Shown: positions 21,443 through 32,119 of the stretch, piece after piece
Position numbering within the stretch: the stretch's first letter is position 1
How the letters are laid out: every line of letters begins with the position of its first letter
From: an uncultured Spirochaetota bacterium
GTDB lineage: Bacteria; Spirochaetota; Brevinematia; Brevinematales; JAOACQ01
Length of the DNA: 64,000 bases
Direction of reading: 5' to 3'
Assembly: GCA_963783575.1 (NCBI GenBank)
Contig: CAWAOD010000014.1
Coordinates: 384,001-448,000, forward strand
Position numbers and translations under genes: made by a program
The notes under the pieces: generated by a model
What the model saw: the letters and a program-made list of their open reading frames with translations, nothing else
What the model was told of the DNA's origin: nothing
Databases searched by the model: none

Positions 21443-21796
21443 TCATACCTTTTCCCTTATTACTTCAACACCTACACTCCTTGCAAACCTTAGAGCTGAC
21501 GGCTTCTCCACAAGAACCTTCACTGCAAGGACCCTCTCAAATTCCAGGCAGATTTCCGCGATTTTCCCGGCTAAAGCTTCAATTAAAAAATATTGTGAAG
21601 ATTCAGCAAAACTATAGATTCTCTTTTTAATTGCCCTGTAATCAACTGCATCGGCTATGTTATCCGTCGAACCGGCAATTTTGAGATCGGCCGAGATTGT
21701 AATATTAATAATGACATCCTGTTTATCGCGCCTTTCTTCTTCATTGATGCCGATTATGCATCTGACCAGCAGTTCTTTAATATAAATCTTATCCAA
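21443..21796 (-). CDS. folB: Dihydroneopterin aldolase (FolB/FolX family)
   Basis: Motifs IIGINEEER, VDY, LIEALA and EKP. Confidence 0.9.
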   Translation of the reverse strand: MDKIYIKELLVRCIIGINEEERRDKQDVIINITISADLKIAGSTDNIADAVDYRAIKKRIYSFAESSQYFLIEALAGKIAEICLEFERVLAVKVLVEKPSALRFARSVGVEVIREKV

Positions 21797-21800
21797 ATGT

Positions 21801-22532
21801 TCACTCCTTTAAACTCTTGCCCCCATCTACATAAATAACCTGCCCTGAAATAAAATCATTTTTAAGTAAAAAAATAACACTATCGGTTATATTATTCAAA
21901 TTACCATGCTTTTTTAATGGAATTGATGCTGCCAATTCATCCATGAAGGGTTCTCCTTCTTTTTGAGGCGGCAGGATTAATCCCGGGGCGATACCATTCA
22001 CCCTTATTTCCGGTGCGAATTCCAGTGCCATCACTCTTGTAAAAGATTCAAGGACCTGTTTGCTGATAATATATCCGGTATGCTTAAAATCGAATCCTTT
22101 AATCCTGGTATCAAGAAGATTTATAATGCAGCCCTTTTTAATTTTTTCTGTAAATGACCGTGAAAGGGAGAAAGGAACCCAGGCATTAATTATCAAATCT
22201 TCAATAAAACCTTCTCTTGTTAAATTCCATACTGTGCTTTCATTAAAAGTCGAGGCACTGTTAATTAAAAAATCAATGCCGCCGGACTTTTCAACAGCTA
22301 AATCGATAATATTTTCATATTCATCCTGATTTTTAAAATCCGCTTTTAAAAGCCAGGATTTAACAGAAAATTTATCAAGTTCAATCTTTAAATCCCGTGC
22401 CTCGCTTTCTGATTTTCGGTAGTGTATTATTATATTTACCCCTTCCGAAGCAAGGGAAAGGCAGACAGCACGGCCGATTCTTTTAGCACCCCCTGTAACC
22501 AGTGCGATTTTACCTGATAGTTTGTTATCCAT
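21801..22532 (-). CDS. SDR pteridine/dihydromonapterin reductase (FolM/PTR1-like)
   Basis: TGGAKRIG, IIHY, YIISK and RVNGIAPG; lies in the fol cluster. Confidence 0.8.
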   Translation of the reverse strand: MDNKLSGKIALVTGGAKRIGRAVCLSLASEGVNIIIHYRKSESEARDLKIELDKFSVKSWLLKADFKNQDEYENIIDLAVEKSGGIDFLINSASTFNESTVWNLTREGFIEDLIINAWVPFSLSRSFTEKIKKGCIINLLDTRIKGFDFKHTGYIISKQVLESFTRVMALEFAPEIRVNGIAPGLILPPQKEGEPFMDELAASIPLKKHGNLNNITDSVIFLLKNDFISGQVIYVDGGKSLKE

Positions 22533-22552
22533 ATTAATCCCATAATCTATAA

Positions 22553-23761
22553 TTAGAAAGGTATTGCGGTTTTCAATTCTTCAGGGTTTATTTTATTCTG
22601 CTTTTTGATTAATTCCCTGGCGGCTTCAATTTTATCCCATACATTACACAACATTACACCCTTAACAATGCCATCGCTTATATAATATATAATCCCGGTA
22701 TCGTTTTCCTTTTTCCAGACAGTTTGTATCTGGAGCTGTGAATTGATTTCACCGGCCGCCTCATAGCCGAAATCAAATAAATCCGAGAAAAAGTAAGGAA
22801 TTACATCAAATTTTATGCTCGCTCCCGCCATATTTCTCCCAGCCGCTTTACCCTGTTGAATTGAATTGTCCCAGTGTTCCAGGCGCATACGCTTATCAAG
22901 AAAAGCCATCATAAAATTAGTATTATCGCCTGCGGAAAAAATATCCGGATTAGAAGTACATAAATATTCATCAGCTATAATGCCGTTGCCGGTTTTTAAA
23001 CCGGCTTTTTCCGCAAGTACGGTATTCGGAGCAATCCCGATACCGGCTATAACGATGTCCGATCTTATTTCTTTTCCTTTCCCGGTTTTAGTAATAATCC
23101 GGCCATTCATTTTCTCAAAAGAAACAGGTACATCCCCATTTACAACTACAATCCCTTTTTCAATATAGAACTTTTGAACCGTCTTTCCGAGATTTTCAGG
23201 AAAAATCCTTTGAACGATATAATCTTCAGGGAAGATCATAGTAACATCAAGATTATTGATTTTAAGCGCTGCAGCGATTTCCGAGCCGATAAATCCTCCG
23301 CCGATAATAACCGCTTTTTTACCTGTAGATGCCAGCCCTCTTAAATTCTTATAGTCATCAAGGGTTCTGAAATATATTATTTCATCCAGATTGCCGCCCG
23401 GGATATTAAGTTTTCTCGGATTTCCGCCGGTTGCCAGAAGCAGTTTTTTATATCCGAAGTCATCGCCTTTATCCGTTGTTATAGTTTTTTTTATCGGATT
23501 GATTCCGGTAATTTCAGTCCCCAATAACAGATCAATATGTTGATTGTCATAATATACCTTATCATGAATAAAAATCTGCTCGACTGTTTTTTTTCCGAAC
23601 CACAATTTTTTTGAAAGATGCGGCCTGTCATAAGGCAAATCATTTTCCAAACCGGCAAGTAAGATCGGACCTCCGTGGTCAATCTCCCTGATTCCTTCAA
23701 TAGCCGAAGCCCCGGCTAGCCCTCCGCCGATAATCACATATTGAAAATTTTTTACAGCCAT
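22553..23761 (-). CDS. FAD/NAD(P)-dependent ferredoxin-reductase-like oxidoreductase
   Basis: Motifs GGGLAG, PYDRPHLSK, GGGFIGSE, RLEHWD and PYFFSDLF. Confidence 0.88.
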   Translation of the reverse strand: MAVKNFQYVIIGGGLAGASAIEGIREIDHGGPILLAGLENDLPYDRPHLSKKLWFGKKTVEQIFIHDKVYYDNQHIDLLLGTEITGINPIKKTITTDKGDDFGYKKLLLATGGNPRKLNIPGGNLDEIIYFRTLDDYKNLRGLASTGKKAVIIGGGFIGSEIAAALKINNLDVTMIFPEDYIVQRIFPENLGKTVQKFYIEKGIVVVNGDVPVSFEKMNGRIITKTGKGKEIRSDIVIAGIGIAPNTVLAEKAGLKTGNGIIADEYLCTSNPDIFSAGDNTNFMMAFLDKRMRLEHWDNSIQQGKAAGRNMAGASIKFDVIPYFFSDLFDFGYEAAGEINSQLQIQTVWKKENDTGIIYYISDGIVKGVMLCNVWDKIEAARELIKKQNKINPEELKTAIPF

Positions 23762-23980
23762 AAAAACCTCCCTATCTTTTCTAAATAAATTTACAGTTTC
23801 CGGATTCTGATTATTGAAAATTAATTATCAAATAAATGATAGTTAATAATACTTATTAATGTCAAGGCATATTCAAGATTATTATTATTTTCAGAAACAT
23901 TTGAAAAAATGTGAATATTTGATAAAGATCTGACATTATATTAATATTTAAATAGAATAATTTATTTTATGGAGATTTTG

Positions 23981-24337
23981 ATGAATAGATTTTTATTATC
24001 GATAAAATTTGTTGTAATATTTATTACAATTTTAATATATACCTCATGTCCGGTAACACCCAATGAAAATACTCCATTTGTTCAAAATTATGTTGATATA
24101 AGAAACAATACGTTTAATCCTTCAAGCCTTACTGTACCAATAAATACAACTGTTTACTGGACAAATAATGATTCAGCGCCGCATGATGTAATAAGCACTC
24201 TATCCGCTCCTTCTTTTGACTATCCTTCCCTTCAGCCAGGCACGGGGTGCAGCGTATTCTTCTCTAAAGCCGGTACAAACAGCTATCATAGTAATTCTCC
24301 AACTTATTTTACAGGTGTTATAATAGTAACGCAATGA
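23981..24337 (+). CDS. Cupredoxin-fold lipoprotein
   Basis: Lipobox IYTS-C; FNPSSLTV..NTTVYWTNNDSAPHDV. Confidence 0.75.
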   Translation: MNRFLLSIKFVVIFITILIYTSCPVTPNENTPFVQNYVDIRNNTFNPSSLTVPINTTVYWTNNDSAPHDVISTLSAPSFDYPSLQPGTGCSVFFSKAGTNSYHSNSPTYFTGVIIVTQ

Positions 24338-24471
24338 TATTTTATTTTCTAATATCCCTTCATCGAATGCGCAATTTCCTTAACTAAAATCCCGGGAATT
24401 TATCCGGGAAGATGAAAAATATTATCCGAAAATAAATATAGTGCAAAATAAAAAACGGTTTATAAAATATA

Positions 24472-24501
24472 AAACGGGACGGCAAACCATCCCGTTTGAT
24501 T
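24472..24501 (-). terminator. Intrinsic terminator downstream of the porin-like gene
   Basis: The minus strand reads aaacgggatgg-tttg-ccgtcccgtttt followed by a T-rich tail. Confidence 0.7.
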
Positions 24502-24543
24502 GTTAACTATTAAAAAGGATTTTCTTCTTAATCAACCTACAAG

Positions 24544-25824
24544 CTACTGCCAGATTGTAAAGTTGATCTTATAATCAAGCTGGACATAAAAATTGATATA
24601 ACCGTCATTTTTCGCACCTGGAGCCATTGTAACTTCATAGAACGGCTTGATCTGTAGATTCGGAGTAGGCGAAATATTTAAACCGAGAAATAGATTGGAG
24701 TATTTAACAGCCGTTGCTGAAGAAACATTTGTAGCCTGTGCCTGGTCATTCTCATTAACTATATCATACCTTATATAAGGAGTAACGGTATTATCCAGCA
24801 ATCCATAACCCAGCATTACTGATACAACAGAACCATTCCATACATTGTTTGTGCTGGCGACAGAGTTATCTGCATTTCTGAGTGAAACGCTCTGGTTTTC
24901 TCCAATATACTGAAAGAGGAAATCCACGGGTATTTTTAAATCACCGATTGCTATATTTTTTGCGGCAAGCAGGATGTCATAAGAAGCCTGAGTATTGGTG
25001 GTAGTATTTGTTACACTGCTGCTAAGCATCTTAACGACAGGATTCATACGGTAAGTAGCTCCTACTGAAACTCCCTGAATAGGCATAATATAAGCAGCTC
25101 CCTGAAGGGCGAGATTATTCGCCTGGTTGTCGGAAGCGTCAACTACCAATGTATCATAACCTTCTCCGTTCAAAACCTCGAGATAATATTTCACAAGACC
25201 GTTGGGATTGTCATCAGTGGATAAAAATTTCCCCGAAAACATAAAACCGTAGTCTGCCGATGCGCTTGGTTTAACATTGCCGTACATTTCCGTAGCATCC
25301 TTGACAGGTATCGGGTACTGCCAATCCGCTATATTACCGAAATATGACTTAATCAAACCGCCCGAGAAAACAACTTCATTTTTTAAGCCTAATGCGGTCA
25401 GAAAAGCATAATCAATGTAAGCGAATTTGATCGGTGTAGCCACAGGAACCGGAGTTAATGCAGTGGTTGAGGTTGATGTTGATGCGGCATTTGTTTTAAT
25501 CGTACCGTCGCTATTTGTTGAAACGGTTGTTTTTGTAGTTGTAGTAGTAGCAGCACTTACTTTATTGAACTGGTCTTTCGCCAGATCAAATGTGAATCTT
25601 GCTTTAAGACCATTGCCAAACCAGTCTTTACCTATGTCACCCTGGACAGTCACATAAAACCTTGAAATTTGAAACGCGCCGCCGTCTTCAACTGGATAGT
25701 TCGGGTAGTTTGTAGTAATAGTTTGATTATAATCCGCCCAGCCCTGAAGTTCCAGCGTTACAGACGAAAATGCGGAAACACCGCAGACCAAACAGATTAA
25801 AAGTACCAGAAACATTCTTTTCAT
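24544..25824 (-). CDS. Exported porin-like outer-membrane beta-barrel protein
   Basis: Signal peptide MKRMFL...SAFS; FQISRFY, IKFAYIDY and NGEGY segments; alternating aromatic strands; Thr-rich insert; GGAGGG RBS. Confidence 0.6.
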   Translation of the reverse strand: MKRMFLVLLICLVCGVSAFSSVTLELQGWADYNQTITTNYPNYPVEDGGAFQISRFYVTVQGDIGKDWFGNGLKARFTFDLAKDQFNKVSAATTTTTKTTVSTNSDGTIKTNAASTSTSTTALTPVPVATPIKFAYIDYAFLTALGLKNEVVFSGGLIKSYFGNIADWQYPIPVKDATEMYGNVKPSASADYGFMFSGKFLSTDDNPNGLVKYYLEVLNGEGYDTLVVDASDNQANNLALQGAAYIMPIQGVSVGATYRMNPVVKMLSSSVTNTTTNTQASYDILLAAKNIAIGDLKIPVDFLFQYIGENQSVSLRNADNSVASTNNVWNGSVVSVMLGYGLLDNTVTPYIRYDIVNENDQAQATNVSSATAVKYSNLFLGLNISPTPNLQIKPFYEVTMAPGAKNDGYINFYVQLDYKINFTIWQ

Positions 25825-26044
25825 GATATCCCTCCAAAAATTTCTTTTAAATGCCAATACCTATTTTTTGGCAATAGTATTCTAAACAAGTTTTATTAGG
25901 TTATAATGAAATAATTGTTAATTTTTTGTTTATTTTGAAATCAGGTTTGATTTTATTTTATGTACTCTTTAAAATAGAAATATTGTAGAATTTCTATATT
26001 ATTATTACAATGTTTTGGTCTAAAAAAATTAATGGAGGGGCATA

Positions 26045-26614
26045 ATGACAAAACAAAATCCTTCTATCGGATGCTGCGGGTTGGATTGCGGACTTTGCCC
26101 CAGATACTATACCGAAGGGTCCTCAAGGTGCCCCGGATGTTGCGGTCCGGAGTTTTTCTCTAAGCATCCGTCATGTTCCATTGTTACCTGCTGCTTAAAA
26201 AAAAATAATTTTGAAACATGTTCAAATTGTGCCGGATTTCCTTGTAATAAATATTCAAAAGAAACTATCGAATTTGATTCCTTTATAACTCACAGGAATT
26301 TATTGAAAAACCTGAATCTTATCAAAGCATCGGGATTGCAGGAATTTATTGATAAGCAAAAAGAAAGAATCAGACTTCTTCAAATAATGCTTGAAAACTA
26401 TGATGATGGGAAATCAAAAAGTTTTTATTGCCTATCCTGTACATTGATCTCAATATCCGGTTTAACCCAGGCAATCAAATTTAGTGAAAAAAAAATAAAA
26501 ATTAATATAATCCAAACCGATAACATTAAACAAAAAGCTGAAATTTTAAGAAATTATTTAAATATTGCCGCAAAAGAAGAAAAAGTAGAGTTAAAGTTAA
26601 GAAAGAAATTATAA
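26045..26614 (+). CDS. DUF3795-type Cys-rich protein
   Basis: CCGLDCGLC, CPGC, CSIVTCC and CSNCAGFPC. Confidence 0.8.
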   Translation: MTKQNPSIGCCGLDCGLCPRYYTEGSSRCPGCCGPEFFSKHPSCSIVTCCLKKNNFETCSNCAGFPCNKYSKETIEFDSFITHRNLLKNLNLIKASGLQEFIDKQKERIRLLQIMLENYDDGKSKSFYCLSCTLISISGLTQAIKFSEKKIKINIIQTDNIKQKAEILRNYLNIAAKEEKVELKLRKKL

Positions 26615-26756
26615 TATCAAAGAATGAGATAAAACAAACCATATTTCTTCATCTGCCGGAAAATTTGCCCTGCAAATAAAATTTTGACAACCCATAATAG
26701 TATGAAAAAGAAAAGTAAGTTATAATATCTATCATTTAATAATAAGGCGGATTTTT

Positions 26757-29261
26757 ATGAGTGAAATTAAAGAAGTCAACAATGATATGGTAAATGAAAT
26801 AAAGAATTCATTTCTATGGCACCGTAAATCTTCGCTTGCAAAAGACGAATATACAGCGACAGCGCATGATAATTATCTTACACTGGCTCTTACAGTTCGT
26901 GATATGCTGATAGACGGCTGGATTCAAACCCAACAGAAATACTATGATATAGATGCAAAACGAATCTATTATCTATCATTGGAATTTCTTATAGGCAGAA
27001 CCCTCGGCAACAGTATGATAAATCTTGGTATATTTAACGAATGCGAAACCGCTATGAAGGAGCTTGGGATCGATCTTGACGGGCTCCGCGATGAGGAGAA
27101 AGACGCGGGACTCGGCAACGGAGGTCTTGGAAGGCTTGCCGCATGTTTTCTGGACTCGATGGCAACCCTGGGTTATCCTGGTTATGGCTATGGCATTCGC
27201 TATGATTACGGTATTTTCAATCAAAAGATTAAAAACGGTTACCAGGTTGAGGAACCTGATGACTGGCTTAAACTCGGCGATCCATGGGAAATAGAAAGAC
27301 CGGAGTTTGAACTGCGTGTCCATTTTTATGGAAATGTCCGTTCGGAAAGCGGTCCGAAAGGTAAAATAATCTACCACTGGGAGAATACACAGGATGTTTT
27401 TGCAATTCCTTACGATATTCCGATTCCCGGTTATAATAACAATACCGTTAATACCTTAAGGCTCTGGGTGGCGCGTTCGGTCAATGAATTCGATTTCGGC
27501 GATTTTAATGCAGGAAATTATATTGATGCGGTGGAAGACAAAAATATTTCCGAAAACATATCTAAAGTTCTTTATCCAAACGATAGCAGCGTCGCGGGTA
27601 AAATCCTGCGTTTAAAGCAGCAGTATTTATTTGTAGCCGCCTCCATCTGGGATATTTTCCGCAGATATAACAAATATCATAAAGATTTCAAAGAATTTCC
27701 GGAAAAAGTCGCCATTCAATTGAACGATACTCACCCGGCAATAGCTATCGCTGAATTGATGCGTCTTCTGATCGATGAATATGGTGTTGAATGGAAAGAA
27801 GCCTGGCGAATTACAGTTAATACCTTTGCTTACACGAATCATACTCTTATGCCCGAAGCTCTTGAAAAATGGCCTGTCAGTATGATCGAGAAGCTTCTGC
27901 CAAGGCATATGCAGATAATATACCAGATGAACCTGGAATTTTTGCAGGAAGTACAGAGACATTATCCGGGTGATCTGGACAGGATGAGAAGGATGTCGCT
28001 GATAGATGAATCCGGGGAGCGTTATGTTAGAATGGCATTTCTTGCAATTATCGGCAGCCATTCCGTAAACGGAGTAGCAGAATTACATACTAAGTTACTA
28101 AAACAAAATCTGTTAAAAGATTTTTACGGTATGTATCCGGATAAATTCAATAATAAAACCAACGGCATAACTCAGCGCCGGTGGCTTTTGAAATCCAATC
28201 CCGGCCTTTCAAGGCTTATTAACGAAACAATCGGTAATAAGTGGATAACAGATCTTTATGAATTGAAAAAACTTGAAAAATATGCTGACGACCCCGGATT
28301 TCAAAAAAAATGGCAGGGGGCAAAAAAAGAGAATAAAAAAAGACTTGCAAAGGAAATAGAAAAAGAAACAGGAATTATAGTCAATATTGATTCTATTTTT
28401 GACGTTCAGGTTAAAAGACTCCATGAATACAAAAGACAGCTTTTAAATGTTTTAAATATAATAAGCCAGTATTACTGGATTAAAGATAATCCGAAAAGCA
28501 TTTTTGTACCCAGGACATACATTTTCGGCGCAAAAGCGGCTCCTGGCTACCAGATGGCAAAACTGATAATTAAACTTATAAACAATGTAGGTAATGTCAT
28601 AAATTATGACCTGGATATCGGCGATAAAATTAAGGTCATATTTTTACCAAACTACAGGGTTTCTCTTGCGGAAATAATTTTTCCGGCTTCCGATCTATCG
28701 GAACAGATATCTACGGCTGGAACCGAAGCAAGCGGGACAGGCAATATGAAGTTCGCACTAAACGGGGCTCTTACAATCGGAACGCTCGATGGCGCTAATG
28801 TCGAGATAGCTGAGGAAGTGGGAATGAATAATATTTTCATCTTCGGTCTTAAAGTTGAAGAAGTTGAAGAAATTAGGCTTAAAGGTTATAACCCGGGATA
28901 TTTCTATCAGAACAATAAAAGTCTTAAATTAGTTATTGATCGAATAGCATCAGGTTATTTTTCACTCGGCGAGGACCCTAATCTTTTCAAACCAATTGTC
29001 GATATGTTATTAAATTACGACTATTATCTAAATATGGCCGATTTCGAATCTTATACCGGCTGCCAGAAGAAAGTATCTGAAGAATTCAATAATGAAAAAG
29101 CATGGACAAGAAAATCAATTTTAAATGTTGCCAGAATCGGTAAATTTTCAAGCGACCGTACAATTAAACAATATGCCGAAGAAATCTGGAAGGCAAAACC
29201 TGCCGATATCAATATCGCCGAATCAAAAATAAAATTCTGTACAGATAATGAGAAACATTAA
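26757..29261 (+). CDS. glgP: Glycogen/starch phosphorylase
   Basis: [27 protein letters not shown] and the PLP-site motif [10 protein letters not shown]. Confidence 0.97.
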   Translation: MSEIKEVNNDMVNEIKNSFLWHRKSSLAKDEYTATAHDNYLTLALTVRDMLIDGWIQTQQKYYDIDAKRIYYLSLEFLIGRTLGNSMINLGIFNECETAMKELGIDLDGLRDEEKDAGLGNGGLGRLAACFLDSMATLGYPGYGYGIRYDYGIFNQKIKNGYQVEEPDDWLKLGDPWEIERPEFELRVHFYGNVRSESGPKGKIIYHWENTQDVFAIPYDIPIPGYNNNTVNTLRLWVARSVNEFDFGDFNAGNYIDAVEDKNISENISKVLYPNDSSVAGKILRLKQQYLFVAASIWDIFRRYNKYHKDFKEFPEKVAIQLNDTHPAIAIAELMRLLIDEYGVEWKEAWRITVNTFAYTNHTLMPEALEKWPVSMIEKLLPRHMQIIYQMNLEFLQEVQRHYPGDLDRMRRMSLIDESGERYVRMAFLAIIGSHSVNGVAELHTKLLKQNLLKDFYGMYPDKFNNKTNGITQRRWLLKSNPGLSRLINETIGNKWITDLYELKKLEKYADDPGFQKKWQGAKKENKKRLAKEIEKETGIIVNIDSIFDVQVKRLHEYKRQLLNVLNIISQYYWIKDNPKSIFVPRTYIFGAKAAPGYQMAKLIIKLINNVGNVINYDLDIGDKIKVIFLPNYRVSLAEIIFPASDLSEQISTAGTEASGTGNMKFALNGALTIGTLDGANVEIAEEVGMNNIFIFGLKVEEVEEIRLKGYNPGYFYQNNKSLKLVIDRIASGYFSLGEDPNLFKPIVDMLLNYDYYLNMADFESYTGCQKKVSEEFNNEKAWTRKSILNVARIGKFSSDRTIKQYAEEIWKAKPADINIAESKIKFCTDNEKH

Positions 29262-29364
29262 AAATAATTATTTAAACTGAACAATTCGTTTATTTTTATT
29301 ATCTTTTGCAATATCCTTGCAGATAAGCTAAAATTTATATGATAGTAAAGTACTATTTTAGGAG

Positions 29365-30003
29365 ATGATTATGAGATCTGGTTTTATTTTTAGCGGATTC
29401 TTCTGGGGACTGCTTCTAATATTCTTTGGCGTATGTGTTCTTCTAAAGGCATTTTTAAACATAGATATCCCTTTACTTCAGTTGTTCTTATCTTTTCTAT
29501 TTATTTACATCGGTCTAAGGATAATTTTCGGTGGATTCTTCTGGAGAGGGCATTTCGGCCCTTCACATATCGGGCATCAGACATTATACTATGATCCTGA
29601 AAGTAAAAATAATGAATTCAGTATTTCTTTCGGCAGCGGTTTGATTGACCTGAGTAATGTATCTCTTGAAAAAGAAACTGTCGATATAAAAGTTAGTTCG
29701 TCTTTCTCGGGCTGCTGTGTTCTTTTAAACCCTGATTCACCTGCTATTATTAAAGTTAATTCTTCTTTCGGCGGTGCAACTTTCCCAGATGGAAACTGTT
29801 TAAGCTTCGGTAACACTACTTATAAAACAAAAAATTTCAGTAAAGATTCAAATCATCTAAGTATAGAGGCGAGTGTTTCTTTCGGCAGTTTGAGATTTGT
29901 AACTTCAAAAGATGACGCTGACAGCTTCTGTAATATGGACGGCAGGGATTGGAAGAGTGAAAAAAGATACTGGAGAAGATACCGTAAATGGCACAATCAT
30001 TGA
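29365..30003 (+). CDS. LiaF/DUF2154-like membrane protein
   Basis: N-terminal FWGLLLI helices followed by repeated SFG beta segments. Confidence 0.6.
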   Translation: MIMRSGFIFSGFFWGLLLIFFGVCVLLKAFLNIDIPLLQLFLSFLFIYIGLRIIFGGFFWRGHFGPSHIGHQTLYYDPESKNNEFSISFGSGLIDLSNVSLEKETVDIKVSSSFSGCCVLLNPDSPAIIKVNSSFGGATFPDGNCLSFGNTTYKTKNFSKDSNHLSIEASVSFGSLRFVTSKDDADSFCNMDGRDWKSEKRYWRRYRKWHNH

Positions 30004-30024
30004 AGGAGTTGACTTAAGAAGGTT

Positions 30025-30399
30025 ATGAATCAGGATTTTAAAAAATTCATCTGTATCAGATGCCCGAGGGGATGTGAAATTAAAACAACTCTCGACGGAT
30101 ATGGAAATTTAACTGAAATTACAGGCAATGTTTGCCGTCTTGGACTTGAGTATGTAAAAGAAGAATTATCCGATCCCAGGCGTATTCTTACAACAACAGT
30201 CCGTGTTAAGAATGGTATTCGCCCGCTTGTACCTGTCTGGACTGAAAATTCTATCCCAAAAGACAAAATAATACCTTTGGCTGATTTATTAAGAAAAGTT
30301 ATAGTAGAAGCCCCTGTTCAAACCGGCCAGATTATTTTACAGAATGCTCTTGATCTTGGAGTAAATGTTATAGCGAGCGGATCAAACCCAAGAAGTTAG
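30025..30399 (+). CDS. DUF1667 CxxC protein
   Basis: CIRCPRGC, GNVCRLG and PRRILTTTV. Confidence 0.85.
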   Translation: MNQDFKKFICIRCPRGCEIKTTLDGYGNLTEITGNVCRLGLEYVKEELSDPRRILTTTVRVKNGIRPLVPVWTENSIPKDKIIPLADLLRKVIVEAPVQTGQIILQNALDLGVNVIASGSNPRS

Positions 30400-30428
30400 T
30401 ATTAATCAAACAAAATTAAATTAACTTT

Positions 30429-30959
30429 TCATTTTCTGCTTAATTTTAGAAACGGAAAAATCATCGGCACTTTTCGTTTGTATTCAATAAATTCATTTCC
30501 GAAGTCTTTATAGAGTCTTTTTTCCTCTGTCTGCTTAAGATAAAAAACAACCAGGAATAAAAATACAATCAATGCGGTAAAGCAGGCTAATGAATCAAGA
30601 TATAAGGATATTGAAAAATAGAAAAAGAATGCTCCGAATACCATGGGGTTGCGGGACAGTTTGTATGGCCCTGTGATTACAAGTTTTTTAGTTCGTGGGG
30701 TTACAGCTATACCGAAACCGTCAGTTGGTCCTCCTTTTCCTATAATAAACAAAGCGAAATTTGACCAGAGAAAAAAAACTGCACCGATTGCTAATAAAGG
30801 AATTGCTATTATCAATCGTATAGTAAAATTATTAATGATTTGAATATTTAGCATCGGATCTACCGCACCTGACAATTTAAATAAAAGAAAAGGAATCAAC
30901 AATACAAAAATAAAAATACCGATTATATAACCTATCAAATACTTCAGAAAATTTTTCAT
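30429..30959 (-). CDS. Isoprenylcysteine carboxyl methyltransferase/PEMT family protein
   Basis: LVITGPYKLSRNPM and EEKRL..FG..F..Y...VP. Confidence 0.85.
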   Translation of the reverse strand: MKNFLKYLIGYIIGIFIFVLLIPFLLFKLSGAVDPMLNIQIINNFTIRLIIAIPLLAIGAVFFLWSNFALFIIGKGGPTDGFGIAVTPRTKKLVITGPYKLSRNPMVFGAFFFYFSISLYLDSLACFTALIVFLFLVVFYLKQTEEKRLYKDFGNEFIEYKRKVPMIFPFLKLSRK

Positions 30960-30978
30960 AATAATAATCCTCCCCGGA

Positions 30979-31320
30979 TTACTCAAGATTTAAAACCAAT
31001 TTAATCCCATTTTCCACTTTTTTCATTGTGCTCCTTTTTACAGAGCCGGCACAATCCGTAAAAAATTTTTTGTCCAATGTGATAATTTGAGAAATATTAA
31101 TAACCGAATCTATCGGTAAATTGGATTCATTAGATTTGATTAAAACATTGCCGGGTGCTTCCGATATTTTTAAATTTGAATTAATAATAATACAAATAAT
31201 AGTATTTATTTTACTCCGGTTAAAATGATCCGATTGGATAATTAAAACCGGCCTTCTATAACCGGGTTCTGAACTTTCATGATCAGGTAAATCAGCCCAC
31301 CAGATTTCTCCACGGGTCAT
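30979..31320 (-). CDS. mazF: MazF/PemK (ChpK-like) endoribonuclease toxin, possibly attenuated
   Basis: RGEIWWADL, EPGYRRPVLIIQSD and DSVINISQIITLDK; its ATG overlaps the antitoxin stop codon (TAATG). Confidence 0.9.
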   Translation of the reverse strand: MTRGEIWWADLPDHESSEPGYRRPVLIIQSDHFNRSKINTIICIIINSNLKISEAPGNVLIKSNESNLPIDSVINISQIITLDKKFFTDCAGSVKRSTMKKVENGIKLVLNLE

Positions 31321-31555
31321 TACCATTCTTCCTTTTCAAGCGATTTTAACTGGGTTTTTAATATTGGTTTTTCAATTAAACTCTGTCCATTGGAATAAAC
31401 CTGATTTAATTTTTCTGTTATTTCATTCGATTCATGGTATTTAATATATTCTTCAATAGCATCGGATATAAATTTACTTCTTGAAATTCCCTTTTTGAAA
31501 TATAATATGACAGAGATTTAAAAAGCTGATCGGGTATTGAAATTGCCGTTTTCAT
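31320..31555 (-). pseudogene. ChpI-like ribbon-helix-helix antitoxin, frameshifted
   Basis: MKTAISIPDQLFKS in one frame and KGISRSKFISDAIEEYI...EKEEW* in another. One extra A in the A5 run (31492-31496) restores a 78-aa protein. Absent from the ORF track. Confidence 0.85.
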
Positions 31556-31562
31556 ATGAGTA

Positions 31563-31580
31563 GTATAACTATTGATATAC
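31563..31580. promoter_or_regulatory. Imperfect palindrome, candidate toxin-antitoxin operator
   Basis: GTATAAC-tatt-GATATAC just upstream of the antitoxin ATG. Confidence 0.4.
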
Positions 31581-31988
31581 CATAAATCAATTTTTTGTGA
31601 TAGTCTGTCATCAGCATTTTTTCAAAATCTATTTGGTTTGTTTTTATATTATTTAGTGCTTGAACGGAAATTCAAATTTTACCACAGATACGAAGACACC
31701 GGGTTTTAGATATTAAGTATTTTTATTTAGTAGCCAAGAATTTCATGGCTTCCTACCTTCTTTGTGAAATACACAAATATCCCCGATTAAATATTAATTT
31801 ATAAGTTGAAAAAACATTACGCAAAAACCAGAAAACCTTAATTTTAAATTTTCATATCTCAAAATGACATTTCCAATAAAACCGGTTATAATATTTCCCT
31901 GTTTATTACCGATTTATTTTAAAAAAAAATTTGTAAATATTAAGCAGTATAAATTCGTTATCTACAGAACAAACATTTTTTGTTTTTA

Positions 31989-32039
31989 GCCACTAATTTC
32001 ACTTAATGCGAATCAGAGATAAGTAGTTTAATTAGTGGC
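31989..32039. repeat. Inverted repeat (REP/MITE-like)
   Basis: gccactaatt ... aattagtggc. Confidence 0.6.
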
Positions 32040-32119
32040 AAATAATGTATAAATATTTAATATGTAGCACCTGAGTAGATACTAAAATTTTTACCATTAA
32101 TTAACAGAGGAGATTGCTA

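Noticed and set aside
25460..25560. gta/gtt triplet run in the porin-like gene as a contingency repeat
   Set aside because: It is a short, impure, in-frame run encoding a Thr-rich loop and would not switch phase.
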